Below are positions 11,418-24,707 of a stretch of 64,000 nucleotides of DNA, piece by piece (position 1 is the first letter of the stretch; every line of letters begins with the position of its first letter). The notes under the pieces are model-generated. The model was not told the DNA's origin. It searched no databases and was given only the letters and a program-made list of their open reading frames with translations. Source of the DNA: Iphione sp. A-MEVVRFRX5 (taxonomy: Eukaryota); NCBI GenBank assembly GCA_976226885.1, contig OZ320316.1, forward strand, positions 44,144,001-44,208,000. The letters are read 5' to 3'. Both the position numbers and the translations under genes were made by a program.

Positions 11418-14400
11418 CTATGGTTTTGGTTTGGGGAACAAATCGGGGAAGTCCTTCCAGATCTCGAAGACAATTAGTCTATCCATCTGGCTATCAATGT
11501 CTTCCTCAGCACCAATCCGATTAAAGCAGGCATGCAGCTCTGCTTTTCGATGCTGATGCTCACCATAGTCCGAATTCTTTATCATCAGCTGTACTAGTGA
11601 CAGGTACTCCGTCCGAACCTTATTGTAAAAGAATTAAACATAACGGAGCTTTTTGTTAAACTTCTTACTTAAAAAAACAACACATGCTATGTTGGATACA
11701 TAGACAATAATAAAGGATCTGACGCTCATCAGATATGTACTGCCCCTGTTCTGATGTCTACAGGTGTAACGACAATTTGCAGTTGAGCCCCGGATTGTAT
11801 GGCTAAGTTAGGATGCCCCGCCTCCACTGAGTGCCCCTGGGAGCAGTGTGTATAAAAACGCCCGAATGACCATCGTCGCAAACATCTTAATTACATTACA
11901 TAATTTTCATCGTAGTAAATTCAAGCTAAAATAGTAATAGAAGTATATGTTATCTCGTTATTGATAAGGCACTGATGCTTCTGTCCAGCAAATTGCAGCA
12001 ATTAAGTACAATGCTCAACGGATTCATCAATGTGAACAAGGCAATGGCGAAACGGCGTTAAACTTTACAAAACATATATGAAACGATCTGGGTTTATCAT
12101 GCTGTGAGCTAGTGAAGTCAGATAACCTAATGCAGCTCCTTGCTCTTACTGCAAACTTTTTTTTTGGAATGAAGTTAAAATCAACAATGAAAATGCAATG
12201 AAAAAGCAGACTAAATTTACCAATAATTCACCAAATCAAATTAAGTGTTCGCAGCACAAGCAAACCCCTTATTTAGTGATGAAGTGGATATATGTGGTCC
12301 TTGTGGTTGTTTGTAGTACAAACCTTATCTCCTGGTGAAAGGTCACTTAGCTGACGCAGCACAATGTCAATAAGGACACGTGCATCATTGGTATAAAGTA
12401 GACCTGAGGTAGTGCGGCTGGAGAAGAGGTCACCAAGGAATTTGAGCACCGAGTCGGGGGGCTGTGGCTCATGCTCAAACATACGAACAGGATCCACTGC
12501 AAGAAAATAGCTATAACGGTTCATTTTGGCCCCCATGAAGTAGTCAACGTTTGTTCAGGCTTCTTAAAGAACCTGGAGCAACTGGGAATTTAAAAAGGTT
12601 CTGGGAAAGTAACGGGACTTTTGAAACACTGGGAATGTCATGGAAATTCTGACCACAGACTGACGGATTATAGACACTTTAGTTTGCGCTACAGTAAAAA
12701 GATCTAAGGAGGAAAAAGATGAGGCGGTATCAATCCCTGTTTAGGGTACCAATATCTTACCTCCTCTGTTGACTAGAAGCATAAGTTTCTCAGTGAACGT
12801 CTTTGCTGTTCCACAGGAGGCCAACACTGTCATAACTAGATTTTCTTCCGGCACCTACCATTAGTATTTGAATGATAAATTCTTTGAGCAAACATTTACG
12901 TTGAAAAGGGAAACAAATACTGAAAAGGAGAGAGAATTTCCAAACCTGCATATATATGGCACATTTAAGGGGCAAATACACCCTCCCAACAAACTTATTC
13001 ACCAGCTAAACGAATAAAAAAAAAATAATATTTTTATTCCAAGTTGTCACCCTGATAGGCGTTTTTCACACCACAGAATTACATTACAGCTCATATATGC
13101 TCTTAGTTTATCGGCTCTTGGATTTAATAAAAAAAAAGAATCGAATAGTATGGTTAATTGGGTTAATCATTAAGGATGATTCCAATAGATTGAATTAAGA
13201 TTTAATACCTGTGATTTTTCAAACAGGAATTTTGCATATCTTTTAAATTCAACCATGAAAATGAAGATATTTTTACTATAACAACGGTTATACAAATCAA
13301 AATACCAAGCTTCATAGTGCAATGGGGTTGATTTGCAATGTGTTCGGATTGTTTGTACATGTATACAGCTAGAATTACACAAATGACGTTCATCAGTAAT
13401 GAAGCAAGCACCTCGAAATGGAGATTGAAGGCAAGAACTAGGTTGACAAAAAGATCAGGCACTTGATCATTTTCATCTGCTTCGGGAGGGTGTTCGATGC
13501 TCTCCAGGAGGAACCGGATGAAGGACTTGCTCAGGTGCGCTAGCCAAAGGACATAAAATACTTCAGGTTTCGTATGCTTTGTAAGTGGATTCAGTCAGTG
13601 GTAATTTCACGTGATTCATCTAACAGAAAATATACTCTACAGCATTGAACTGCCAATGTACATCTTTGAATTCCTGGATTAAAATAAATACCATACGTAC
13701 TAATATATTATGCAAGCGGTTTTTTTTGGTCCGTGTTTACAATGATTGTTTCCACGTTGACCTCATTTGAAATCATTTTTTACTTCTTTATGGAGTTAAA
13801 TTTGCGAAACGTTTTTGCACCAAGTCCAAATTAACTGTGCTTATACTATTAAGGGAGAATACCAACCACTGCTCTGGTCTACCTACCATAGTGTTGGATG
13901 GGGATTGCCTCTGCCCGTGAGAACATCATTGTCAAGACGAGTGCCGAGTAACTCAGTTTTTGTATATCTGGAGGTGAGCAACTACAGTTATTAGAAAATA
14001 ATTATAGTGACTGCCGCCAAACCAAATTGTTAAGCTGGCTATTCTACGGTGACAAGAACATTCATCCCCTTAGAAAATTCATCCTCCCCCCTCTGCCCTA
14101 TAGCCCTTTGAAAGCGCATTGCTCCCATGTAATAAAACTTCATGTGCCTATGACATGCTGTTCCAAATAGGAGTAGCATAAAAATCTAATAAATATACAT
14201 GGACATTATTTGTGCGTAACATGGAATGAGAAAGGAAAGTGTAGAAGTGTTTTACATATTGTTTACATACTGGTTGGGGGGGGGATAATCGCCAAGCTTG
14301 TTGAAATGACACTAAATATGATTTTGAGTTCCAGACAGTCAAAACAAACTTGCAAGGTCTCATTTGGGATGTGCTGATACATGATAAAACATTATGACAA

Positions 14401-17400
14401 ACTACAGGTTCCATAAGATTTTTTGGTCATGTATCTTCAATCGCTTCACTAATCACAAGGTATACTTCCTACGCATAGTAAATGTGATGTTGACCAAGCA
14501 GGACGGTAGGGATATGCCTCTGGTCTTCCAATTAATTACATCAGATTTACCTGTGGCTTAGTAGGGTACATACATAACTTCTACATATTAATATCACTAC
14601 ATGTAATAGCACACCTACGCATACATAAATATGCATTATGTTAGGTCTTTTGATATGATGATGTATAGATCACCTTGTATGTCAGACTGCATATCCCTGG
14701 CAAGCTCGAGGGGAAGCACGGAGTTGAGAAGTTCAGAAATGACACGGGCATCGAGCCCCGACAATGCTCCAAACACCTGTAGCAGCAGAAGCCGGATTGG
14801 CAGGCGTGTCTCCTACCAAAATACAGGGGTGCATTTAGAAACCAGGTGTTGCTTATGGTGGCTGTAAGAGGCTAGACAGCACATCCTGATACATATACAT
14901 TTACATGCGTCATTCAGTGATTCAAGATGGGTACACATAGTGATGGAAAGAGGGAACAGGCCAAAGAAAGAAAATCACTTTTGTTGATTATATTTACGAA
15001 CTGCGTTAAGTATCTTTACAATGGCTTGTTGACATTTGCATCACTGCCCTCATGGAGTACAGGATGTCTTTATTTTTAAAGATGACCGAAACATGGTGCT
15101 ATAGATGTACACATAGTGGTAGTGAGAGGTATCCGAGGAGCAACGTTTCAGCCATCAAGGTTGGTTGATTTATAGAAAAAGTTGATGTACCATTCTCACC
15201 AGTTTGTCCTATAACTGTTCGTTTTTATTAAATGGTGTTGCTACAGTGCTTCATTTCCATTGATGCAGAAGTTTTTTTTCAACGGTCACGCAGATTTTCA
15301 TTTACTCTCTAGGCAAGTGTTGAACACTTGGTACTCAGGATATTAACACAAACTGATGCGTCCTTTGAAATTCATTATCTGTTGCAAATTGATGGACGTA
15401 TAGCAATGTCAGAAGGTGTTTGGCTTCACTATAGCAATGTATCAAAAAAGGAACATTAAGTCATAGATATGCTTACCATCTGGTAGTAGAGAACTAGTGT
15501 ATCCACTGCGTCATACCCATCACGTGCCACAACTTGCTTACAGATCTCGGGATTGGCATTTTCCTGGCAAGTAAACATAGTGGTGGTGGATCTTTGATAT
15601 GAGAAGCATCACATTCTCAAAGTTAAGAAAAAGAATTTCTCTCTCTGATGCAGATATATGTAGATGGCTAATGATCGAATGATATAGTCTCTTCAACATT
15701 TTGACCAGTTCGGATTGATATGGATAAGAGTGGCTCAGGTACTTGCCAGAATGGAAACTAGTTCAGTGAGGTACTCAGTAATGACGCTCTCATCCTCGTG
15801 TAGGGCCCAACTACGCTGCTGAGAGTCATCCTTGCAAGCTGCCATCTCCGAGAAGATTACTTCGAGACGGACAGCATCTTTACTACCTTCAAGATTGCTG
15901 GATTCACGCTAAAACCGAGGGACACAAGAAAGTAGTTCATGCCCACAGACAAAGCCAAACAGAGAAATGCATAAACTGAGTGATGGTCAGCAAAGTCGTA
16001 CATAAGGAAATTATCCGTACACGCGGATATACATGTATTCTAGAGCAAACCCAATTAGATTTTCTTGATACCCTTGCCTGGCATGCAAATTATAATTTCA
16101 CCAAATTTCTCAATATCATCAACGTCTCTTCTTCTAACTCGATGTCTCAGCATATTATAATTTGGTACTGTTTTATGCATCATTCACTAAGAGCTTAAAT
16201 GATCATTACCACGATACATAATGGGGTGGGGGCACTTGTATAACCATGACGGCTGCTTCCACTATACAGATGACAAAGGAAATGTGAACATTTAAGTGTA
16301 TCTCTGTATTGGTGTAACGGAGGATAACTCCGTCCCTTATCAGATTACTTTTTTCTCATGCTACTGAATACCCATATTTTGGTAACAATGTACACTAAAT
16401 TCTACATGCTAACTGTAGTCTATATTACCTCAACACAGACTGGCATATTGTTTACTTAGACACTGAGCAGCATCACTTCCTACCTTGATTTGAATAAGAC
16501 TTTTAAGGATGTCATCCATGACGTGTCCAATGCTTGGGATGGTTTCTCTTAGCTGGCCGAGAACAGTGCCTACAGCAATTCTTGACTTATCATAGCTAAG
16601 GTTGGTGTTTCGTCGTACCAACTCTACCAGGTCGAGAGCCAGCTCCTCCGGCACCCGTACATCAACAATATGGGCTGGACTTCCACCTGATGCAGCTGTA
16701 GATGCCTGCAGCTTCTGTCCACGCTTTGGTGTCGAGTTGGCTGACCGCAGGGGCGACGTACCTTGGTCAACTGTAAGTGACACGCCACCCACATTGGCCT
16801 CCCTGTGCCCATCTGCTTCCGGGGAACTCTTCTGTGGAGAGGAAGGGTTGCTTGTCGATGAAGAGGAGCTCTTTGTGGATGGTGACAGGCGACCTGATGA
16901 CACAACTGATGGTCCACGTGGGGGTGGCGGGGGTGGTGCTCGCCGCGATTTGTTAGAACCTACAATAAATAAAGACCTTACTTCAGTCGAACCAAGTCAC
17001 TATAATACATGAGAAGATCGAGAGGCTAGTCTATAAACTTTAAAAAAAATCTACATCTGTAACTCACAACTGTAGGCTGGCCACGGGCTAGCAATTTGCA
17101 ATTTGATTATTGTATTTTTAATGTCTAGGTGAGTAAAATCAAGAGAACAAATTTAAGTTTTATGACCGACTCCCAAGAAACAACAATACCTATCCTTGTG
17201 ATTTGATTATGATCGATGGCTGAGGATGCCTGTTCCACCTGCGCAGTGGATCTTTGGCGCCTGGTCTCGTCTGGTGGCTTGGGCGACGGCCGATGCATTT
17301 GACTGGGAGAATGCCCAATTGACGCCTCTTTCCGGGATGGTTGTTGTAGTTTTGAGTGCTTCTCAATTGTCTGCCGTCTATGTTGTAGCAGTTTTCTGGT

Positions 17401-18475
17401 AATCGATATGAAAATAATGCTGAGCGAAATTATGCTTAATGTTTTTCCTTTTCCAATTCCTTATGTATACAGCTGAATGTTTGTTTCTCATAGCAGTGGT
17501 ATTTATGAATTCCCCTCCCCCAGAAACAGGTACAAGAGGTATCCAACAAAATCTGGCACCCTCTTATATTTACTAAATTTTGAGTATAATATATGTTGTA
17601 CTAAATTACAACGATAGAGCAAAGCATAATCCATATGTTACATAATGGATACTTGTAGTTCAAACTGGAAACGGAATTAACAAATGTCTCTAGGTTCCCG
17701 CTTCACCACACAGGTTTTGTAATTCTTGTCATTGTACCCCTTCTAGGATATTAGTGGAATTTATCGTCAGAAAACCTACTGAAGATTGCTTCTCTGTTGT
17801 GTGGTGTATATTCCTCCTGCGCAGGTAGCCTGAAAGTGTATTGCCTCAATCGCTCTGTCAATCGACTTCAAAATTTCTGCATCTGCAACCTTTAAATAAC
17901 AAAGACACGTAAAGCAAACTGGGTTTAATACATTTTAGCACGGGCTAATGAAATGTCCTTCCAGATAAGAATTTGCCGGGAATCATAGAGGGAAAATAAG
18001 TTGGAGGAGTAAATAACAAACGTCACATATCGGAATTATGATTCATCGTGAATTAAGAAGCAAAGTCACGTGCTGCACTGACAAAAATAACTGTCCCCAC
18101 CTTCCCATCGCTCCTTCCGTTTGATCATATATTTATATCTCTTAGTTTGACTAAATTGGCACATAATTAACAGTTTACATACGATCGGGGGGCGCCAAAA
18201 GAACCTACCCTTACATGAAAAGTACATATTATGTATATATGTATATATACATATATATGTACAAAGTTGAATTCATTAAGTATGGTCGATGGAAGAATCA
18301 ATACTACCTCGTCTTGCTGTAAGTAGTTAGCAGGAACGTAGCCAACTTGGCCGTAACCATTTTGCACTAACCACCAGTATGGGTCGCCTGTATCCATCAC
18401 AGTGAACTGATCATTGGACTCGAAGGACAGTGCAGTCGCTTCAGATGATTGAAAATCGTATAAAGCACGATACAT
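11418..18475 (-). CDS. NCKIPSD: NCK-interacting protein with SH3 domain (SPIN90/WISH/DIP), 674 aa; exons 18475-18308, 17889-17780, 17395-17190, 16959-16484, 15908-15747, 15563-15477, 14812-14674, 13967-13887, 13539-13412, 12854-12761, 12496-12324, 11618-11418
   Basis: N-terminal SH3 MYRALYDF...WW...GYVPANYL, then [13 protein letters not shown], a proline-rich [10 protein letters not shown], and the armadillo-like C-terminal domain ([74 protein letters not shown]). Exon phases join to 2025 nt with one terminal stop. Eleven introns: ten GT-AG, one GC-AG. Confidence 0.96.
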
Positions 18476-18915
18476 TTTGCCTATTAGAATATTCTGAAAG
18501 AGAACACCGATTTTATCTGTTAAGCTGAGTATATGGAGTCAAATTGTATCTAAATGACAGGCGGCAATTCACAGAATTTCTTTTGGTTTAGCGGTTTTCT
18601 TTACATTCTTCGCTAATTTAATAATTATAGTACAGAAACATTACAGAACTTAACAAGAGTGTGGCCCCTTTTTTTATTTCTCCTGGGGTGAAAGGTACAA
18701 TGTACATAGTGGCCAGGTTTCCTTATCAATTATTCGATGATTATATGAATGGTGATTGTATTTATGAGATGTATATGAAGAGAGTATGATATGCATTTTG
18801 TTACATTCTCAGTTCGAGGCATTATGATCAATATTATTCAGTAGAATTTATGCTGTTGGATACAATATTATAGTATATGTGAGGTCTATTTTCTCCCGCC
18901 ATCAACTGCCCAGGA

Positions 18916-18970
18916 GTGAGAGAGAGAGACAGAGAGAGAGACAGAGATAGACAGAGAAAGAGAAAGACAG
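18916..18970. repeat. (GA)n/(GACA)n microsatellite
   Basis: gagtgagagagagagacagagagagagacagagatagacagagaaag. Confidence 0.9.
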
Positions 18971-19179
18971 TGAGTATGTGTGTGGTGTCTCTCTCTCTTT
19001 ACAATGACCTTGATTGGCACCTTGTTTTGGGATGGTTGGCTGGGCTTGTTTAAGTCCTTCAGGTTTATAACCCTCTGTTCTGCATGACTGAGCAGAGCAA
19101 CCTCAGTTCTACCTCACTGAGCACAGCACCCTCAGTTTTGCCTCACTGAGCACCAGACTGCTATAAGCTGATACTAGTA

Positions 19180-19499
19180 GAGGGGAGATATTGGTGAGTG
19201 TGTATGTGTGCATATGTGTGCATTGTCAGACATAGAAATCTCTAAATGAGGTGTGTATGTTTGTAAGTGTGTTAGCAAAAGAGTAAAATTGGCATAATTT
19301 CACCTTTAAAATACTTAAATTACTACCAAAATTACCCAATGCCATGGGGTCATGTATATAAATATCATATACTAAAATCAGTTCTTTTGAGTGAAGGGTT
19401 TGAGACTTATGAGTCCCACAAGAGTGTGACAGAAGGTCGGGACACCAGCCAGCAGCAGCATTCCTAATGTCCTCCCCTGTATAAGGCAGGGAACAAAAA
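19180..19499 (-). repeat. Second copy of the dispersed repeat at 5861-6140
   Basis: Reverse-complement match to 5861-6140, read by eye. Confidence 0.75.
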
Positions 19500-20360
19500 T
19501 AGATTCTTCTTTGCAATAATCCAAACATTTACCACTTCCAGAGAGGAAATTGTTTCTTCTTTGCTATCACTTTACTCTGTATAGCTCTGCTAATCATGAT
19601 TTATTCTTTTATCATGATTTATTCTTATTAAGGAACGATGTTAGTTCACTCTACCATGACGCTACTTGTCACTGCACAGCCCACTATTTTCTGATATTTA
19701 GAAGTAAGACTCCTCCCATCATGGGCCAGGTATGAGTATTAGTTATGGATCTCAGTGTTCGATGACCAATGAATTATGCCTCATAAATATACACATACTG
19801 TGGTGTGAGAACCTCACGATGTTATGAATAAACGTTGGGTGGTTTATCAGTTGCTTACATCTCTCTAGGCTTCCAAACGCCATCTAACTCACAGCTTGAA
19901 TCCTGATATAGTATCTCTATATCTTCTGTGTGGGTATGAGGTCATTACCAGATACTGCCAGTAGCCAACGGTCATTAGCCTACAATGGGTGTCATGTCAG
20001 CTATCCTTCTTGATTGGCTCGCCTTTCCTGGCAGGTTGGCCCTACTCAGTCATGGTCTTTTGATCGTGCTGGCCACCCTGCTTGCCTTTCCTGTCACATT
20101 TCCTCACATCTGTTCACCAATTTTTCCATTTTTAGTGACATGTTATGTGAGATCTACCATTTTTTGGCCAAGTTTGAAATTTCTCCATTTTGGCAGGGGT
20201 GTGGAGGCCAAGGAGGGACGTATTGAAGGTGATCAAGGTTGGGAATCATATTGGGGCATACATTACGACAAGACACTGAGAAATGGAATAATTTATTATG
20301 AACAGCAAGAACAACATGTAATGATACTTAATCAATATATGTAAGAAAGGTAAACTAATA

Positions 20361-20946
20361 CAGGATAACCCCTGATTACGGACGCCCGGCCACAGCGGAC
20401 TCCTCCTACAATGGACGGTTTGTGGTCAGTCCCAAATGAAATCCCTCTTTATCATGTTTAATATAGCCTGGCCACAGCGGACACTCACCGACAACGGACA
20501 CCTCTCATAAGGACACTCATTTTACAGTCCCAAACAATCATTTTGGAGGGTCTACAGCGGACGCTACCGCCACTGTCCCTCTCACCTCCAGGGCCCTGAC
20601 CGCCACCGCTACCGCCACCGCTACCGCGCCTCTTTGATGGCATCTGATGGTGTCTCACCCCCCAGGCAGGCGCAAACCTCTCCTCCTCGCCTGAAAGGAA
20701 CACTTCTTTGATGGGCGTCACACCACTGGAGAGGCGCGAACTTCTCCTTCTCACCTGGAGGAACATTTCTTTGATGGGCATCACACCACTGGAGAGGCGC
20801 GAACCTCTCCTTCTCAATTGGAGGAACATTTCTTTGATGGGCGTCACACCTCCTGAAGAGGCAACAGCCCGGCGACAGCGGACAACCCCTACAACGGACG
20901 GTTTCAGCTTAGTCCCCTCGATGTCCGCTGTAGAGGGGTTATACTG
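20361..20946. mobile_element. Tc1/mariner-pogo-type MITE (TA flanks) with an internal 63-bp tandem repeat
   Basis: TA|CAGGATAACCCCT at the left, AGGGGTTATACTG|TA at the right. Subterminal ACAGCGGAC/ACAACGGAC motifs. TTTGATGGG recurs at 20707, 20770 and 20833. Confidence 0.75.
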
Positions 20947-21655
20947 TACTGGTAATCATTATGCTCGTGGAATAACAGATGGAGGCATGTGTTCCGTGTA
21001 TATGTTGGGGTGTAATGTAATGTACTGGAATGTGTATGGCCTGTAGTACATAGTTAATTAGATGTAGATGGGTCAGGTGGGTAGAAAAATTCACAGTCCT
21101 CCAAGGCCTTCCTGACAGAGTCGAGGTGTGAACTGGGGACATGTCACACACTGAATGGCATGAAAATTTTTTGTCTAATCACTGTAGCTAAGAAGAGGCA
21201 GTGTCAGCTACTGACAGGCATTCGTGTGGGTAACCAAAGTTCATTTTATGCTCATTGGCACATAATTCCATTAAATGTCGCTATACATCAAACTTTCGGT
21301 CAGTGAGAAAAGTCTGTCATGCGTACCAATAAATGGTGTAACTGATGGCCCCACTGTGAGGGAGTGAATGCTTTGTTAACGAATATAAGAACTTCCTCGG
21401 TTCGGACTGTCCTACGCCGATGATATGATTGGGTAACATTACTTCGAAGCAAGGTGTAGTACTTACACTAACTGACGAAATAAAATTTCCATGCTCGGTC
21501 TTATACCTTTGTCACCACCTGTTAATGAAATAGTGCACGATCTTCCTAGCACCGCAGGACAAAGTGTCCTACTCTACACTACAGTCCCTATACCACACCC
21601 CCGAAAAAAAATATTACGAAGAGCAAAGCTAAGGTTACTTTGATATGAAAACGCA

Positions 21656-21859
21656 ATGACAGAGAAAGAAAACGTGTTAAAATCAGTTTTCGAATTGGCA
21701 AAATTCTGTTCTAGATTTACTAATAAGGTATGTTTTCCAGGGTTGCAGGCTGTGTTAGGTGACCACATAAATCTGAAGATAAGTGTTTCGAGTTTGACAA
21801 GCAATGATATCCCTTTTTATCGCTCAAGAGCTAACCCTTCACTGTTGTTTAACGATCAG
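21656..21859 (+). CDS. Possible first coding exon of an unidentified gene, head-to-head with NCKIPSD
   Basis: ATG-initiated 68-codon open frame (MTEKENVLKSVFELAKFCSRFTNK...NDQ) ending at a strong phase-0 donor CAG|GTGAGT. No recognisable domain and no downstream exon could be joined. Confidence 0.3.
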
Positions 21860-22998
21860 GTGAGTATAATTGTAATATTTACCAAAAGGTCAGGTGTTTC
21901 TTGTGTAAGTAACCAACGATTAACATACAAACCAAATTTGGAATTTTCTTTCTCGTTCCAGCTATGATTCTTTTAATCCTTCTGAGAGTTCCCCCATTCA
22001 GTTCCGTTTATGCCAACAGATGGCAGCGCGGAGAGTGCTCAACGGTGGCGTCACCTAGCGTCAAATCTTTCCGACTTTAGGATCTGAGCAGCTTTAACTT
22101 GACCGTTCCCAAAGAGCGTCGTACTACGCTCTTTGCCGTTCCTCATTAACTTTGGATCAATTGGCCCTCCTACCACACCCTCCGAACCCACAACAACAGC
22201 TCCCTCTTCTCCCCCTCCCCCCACATGGCTGCCACTACCCTCCCCCTCAGAGATTGATATCCAAGACTGGGTTTCCCACATCCCCAGGGACCCTACTTCC
22301 TTCCGCACCACAGTCCATAACCTATCTTCCTAATCATTCCCTCAGACCACTATTGATCTCCTCTCCAGGGGCCTCACTTTTTGCCCCACCCCGGAGAACC
22401 GGACATGTCCCAACTGTGGCGTGACCTGGACCATTTCCACCGCCTACTAGGACTTAGATCTTTCTTCTGGGATGGCGAACAGCCCAACCACCCTATCAAC
22501 CCTCCTGTTAGCTCCCAACCCTCACTTACCGAGCCCCCACCCACCCCCAACCCTCCTACCCAAACCCCCCCTACCCTCACTCTAGGCTCCACTAACGCTG
22601 GACCCATTCCAACTCCCAACCTCCCCCCCAAAGACCCTCACAACTGCGTTGCCACCATTCCAAGCCACCAGATTCCCCCCACTCCCCCTCACACTGGACC
22701 GACCGATTGTTTCCGGCAATGGCTCTCCCACGGAAAGGATTTCCGCTCTTCTTGACTTCATCCTCAAACCCTCAGTCCCCCTCATACCCTCCTATCTCAA
22801 AGACACATCCCACCTACTCCGCCTCATAGAGGACCTCCCACCTCTCCCACCTGGTGCCCTCCTGGTCACGTGTGATGTGGTCGCCCTTTACACTAACATC
22901 CCAAATACGGGTGGCTTGGAGGCTGTCTCCTCCCTCCTCCTCTCCTGGCCCGACCCCCTGCAGGACTCTCACGAGCATCCATTTGGAATCTATTAGAA

Positions 22999-24414
22999 TT
23001 GGTACTCACGAAGAACAACGTCCAGTTTGACAATGTCAACTACCTTCAGGTGAAGGGCACAGCCATGGGTACCAGAGTGGCACCAACCTATGCCAATCTC
23101 TATATGGCTGACTTTGAAAAGACCCATGTCTACACATACAGAAAACAGCCACACCTATGGAAAAGGTTCATAGATGACGTGTTCATGATTTGGACACATG
23201 GAAAACAGGAGCTGACCTTATTCTTACAACATCTTAACAGTGCCACCACTGACCTACGCTTCACCTCAACTTCTTCTGAGTCCCGAGCCAGCTTCCTTGA
23301 CGTGGTCATAATAAAGGATGGTGATGTCCTATATATGGACCTAGGAGTCAAGCCTACAGATACCAGAACATACCTCCACTACACATCAGCCCATCCTTAC
23401 TCCTGTAAGAAGTCAATTCCTTACAGCCAGTTCCACAAAGCCAAACGCATTTACTCTCGGGAAGCAGACTTCTGGCACCAGGCTAAACTAATGACTGGAG
23501 CTTTTATCAACCGGGCCTATCCACAGACCCTATTGTCTTCTAACCTTGCACGAGTCCATAAACTTAACAGGAAGGGCCTCATCCCCCCAGTGTCCCCCCC
23601 AAACCTCATTTCCCCCACACTCACTGCCAAAGCCCTCCAGAAAGACCAGCACCTCAATGCGATAAACACATATAGCCCGGGCTTTACAGCACTCTGGGAC
23701 ATAATCACCAAAAACTGGCCCCTTTTGGCACGCTCCGTCACCACCATGCACCTCTTCAACACACCCATCTTGTATGGTTTTCGACGTCCGAAGAATCTTA
23801 AGGACTTATTGGTCCACTCCCAATTCCCACCCCTCCCTTCCCCCCACACCAAACATCCAACCACTACAACCCCACCCATCTCCCCCTCCCCCCTTGTCCA
23901 AATCCCACATGGGGCAGATAATAAATCCCTACGTAAATGCCGCACCAAATTTTGCCGCTACTGCCCCCGTCTCAACAAAACAGGGAGAATAAAGAGCACC
24001 ACCACTGGTCGCTCCTACATCTCCAAACATAATGTCACCTGTTGGAGCTCGAATATCATATACTGCATTACTTGCAAGAGGTGCAGAGCCAAATATGTGG
24101 GACACACAAAGAATAGACTCAACATGATGCTTCGGGCCCACTTCTACAACATCTCCCGTGGAATGGGTGATGGCTTCGTCCCTAGGCATTTTAACTCTGG
24201 GGAACATCAGGGGATCCAGGACATTGAGGTCCACGTGTTGGATTTTATCCATAGCCATTCTGGCAGTGTCCGGGCTCTTTCCCTACGCCTCCTTATTGAG
24301 CATCGCTGGATCCACCGCCTAAGGACCCAGGCACCCCTGGGCCTCAACACCATATCATCGGAGACTGACCACCCAGAGTATACATTGCCCCTCCCCAGGG
24401 CCCTAGCCTCGTAA
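22999..24414 (+). pseudogene. Open 471-codon C-terminal part of the PLE polyprotein (RT palm/thumb plus GIY-YIG endonuclease)
   Basis: ORF track 22999..24414. It has no start of its own; upstream parts lie in other frames (22133-22755, 22649-22996). Confidence 0.9.
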
Positions 24415-24649
24415 AAATTTTTTTTATGTTCAACCATGGCCCTGGGGAGGTTGCAACCTCTGTGGCCTCCACTACCGGGCTATTGGCACCACAGACTAGT
24501 GCCAGCAAACCTCTCTAGATATAGACCCCCAAAAAACCACAAGGTAACCCAGTATACCCACTGCCCATAGGGGCCTTTGGAGCTTCCGTAAGGAACGGGT
24601 GGGTACTCTGCCTATCACACTCTATATTGGGTGACCATGCCACTCCCAC

Positions 24650-24707
24650 GGTGCCTGACGAGACCATTATGGTTGAAACCATGCCTCCCAGGGGATGTTG
24701 TACTACC
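24650..24707 (+). ncRNA. Hammerhead ribozyme-like motif (type I candidate) in the 3' region of the second PLE
   Basis: CTGACGA (24655-24661), stem II gacc-attat-ggtt, GAAA (24675-24678), bulged stem III and candidate triplet GTA (24700-24702). Stem I is ggtg/tacc with one mismatch next to the core. Confidence 0.62.

Noticed and set aside
16602-17012. + strand 136-aa ORF and other antisense ORFs over TE and host exons
   Set aside because: Shadow frames opposite NCKIPSD exon 4, the PLE ORF or Gypsy ORFs, with no independent features.
19551-19984. Possible solo LTR (TG...CA with AATAAA)
   Set aside because: No second copy, TSD or convincing PBS was found.
20485-21046. ORFs with repeated peptides (MPIKEMFLQ...)
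   Set aside because: A by-product of a 63-bp (multiple of 3) tandem repeat inside a MITE; no domain or splice context.
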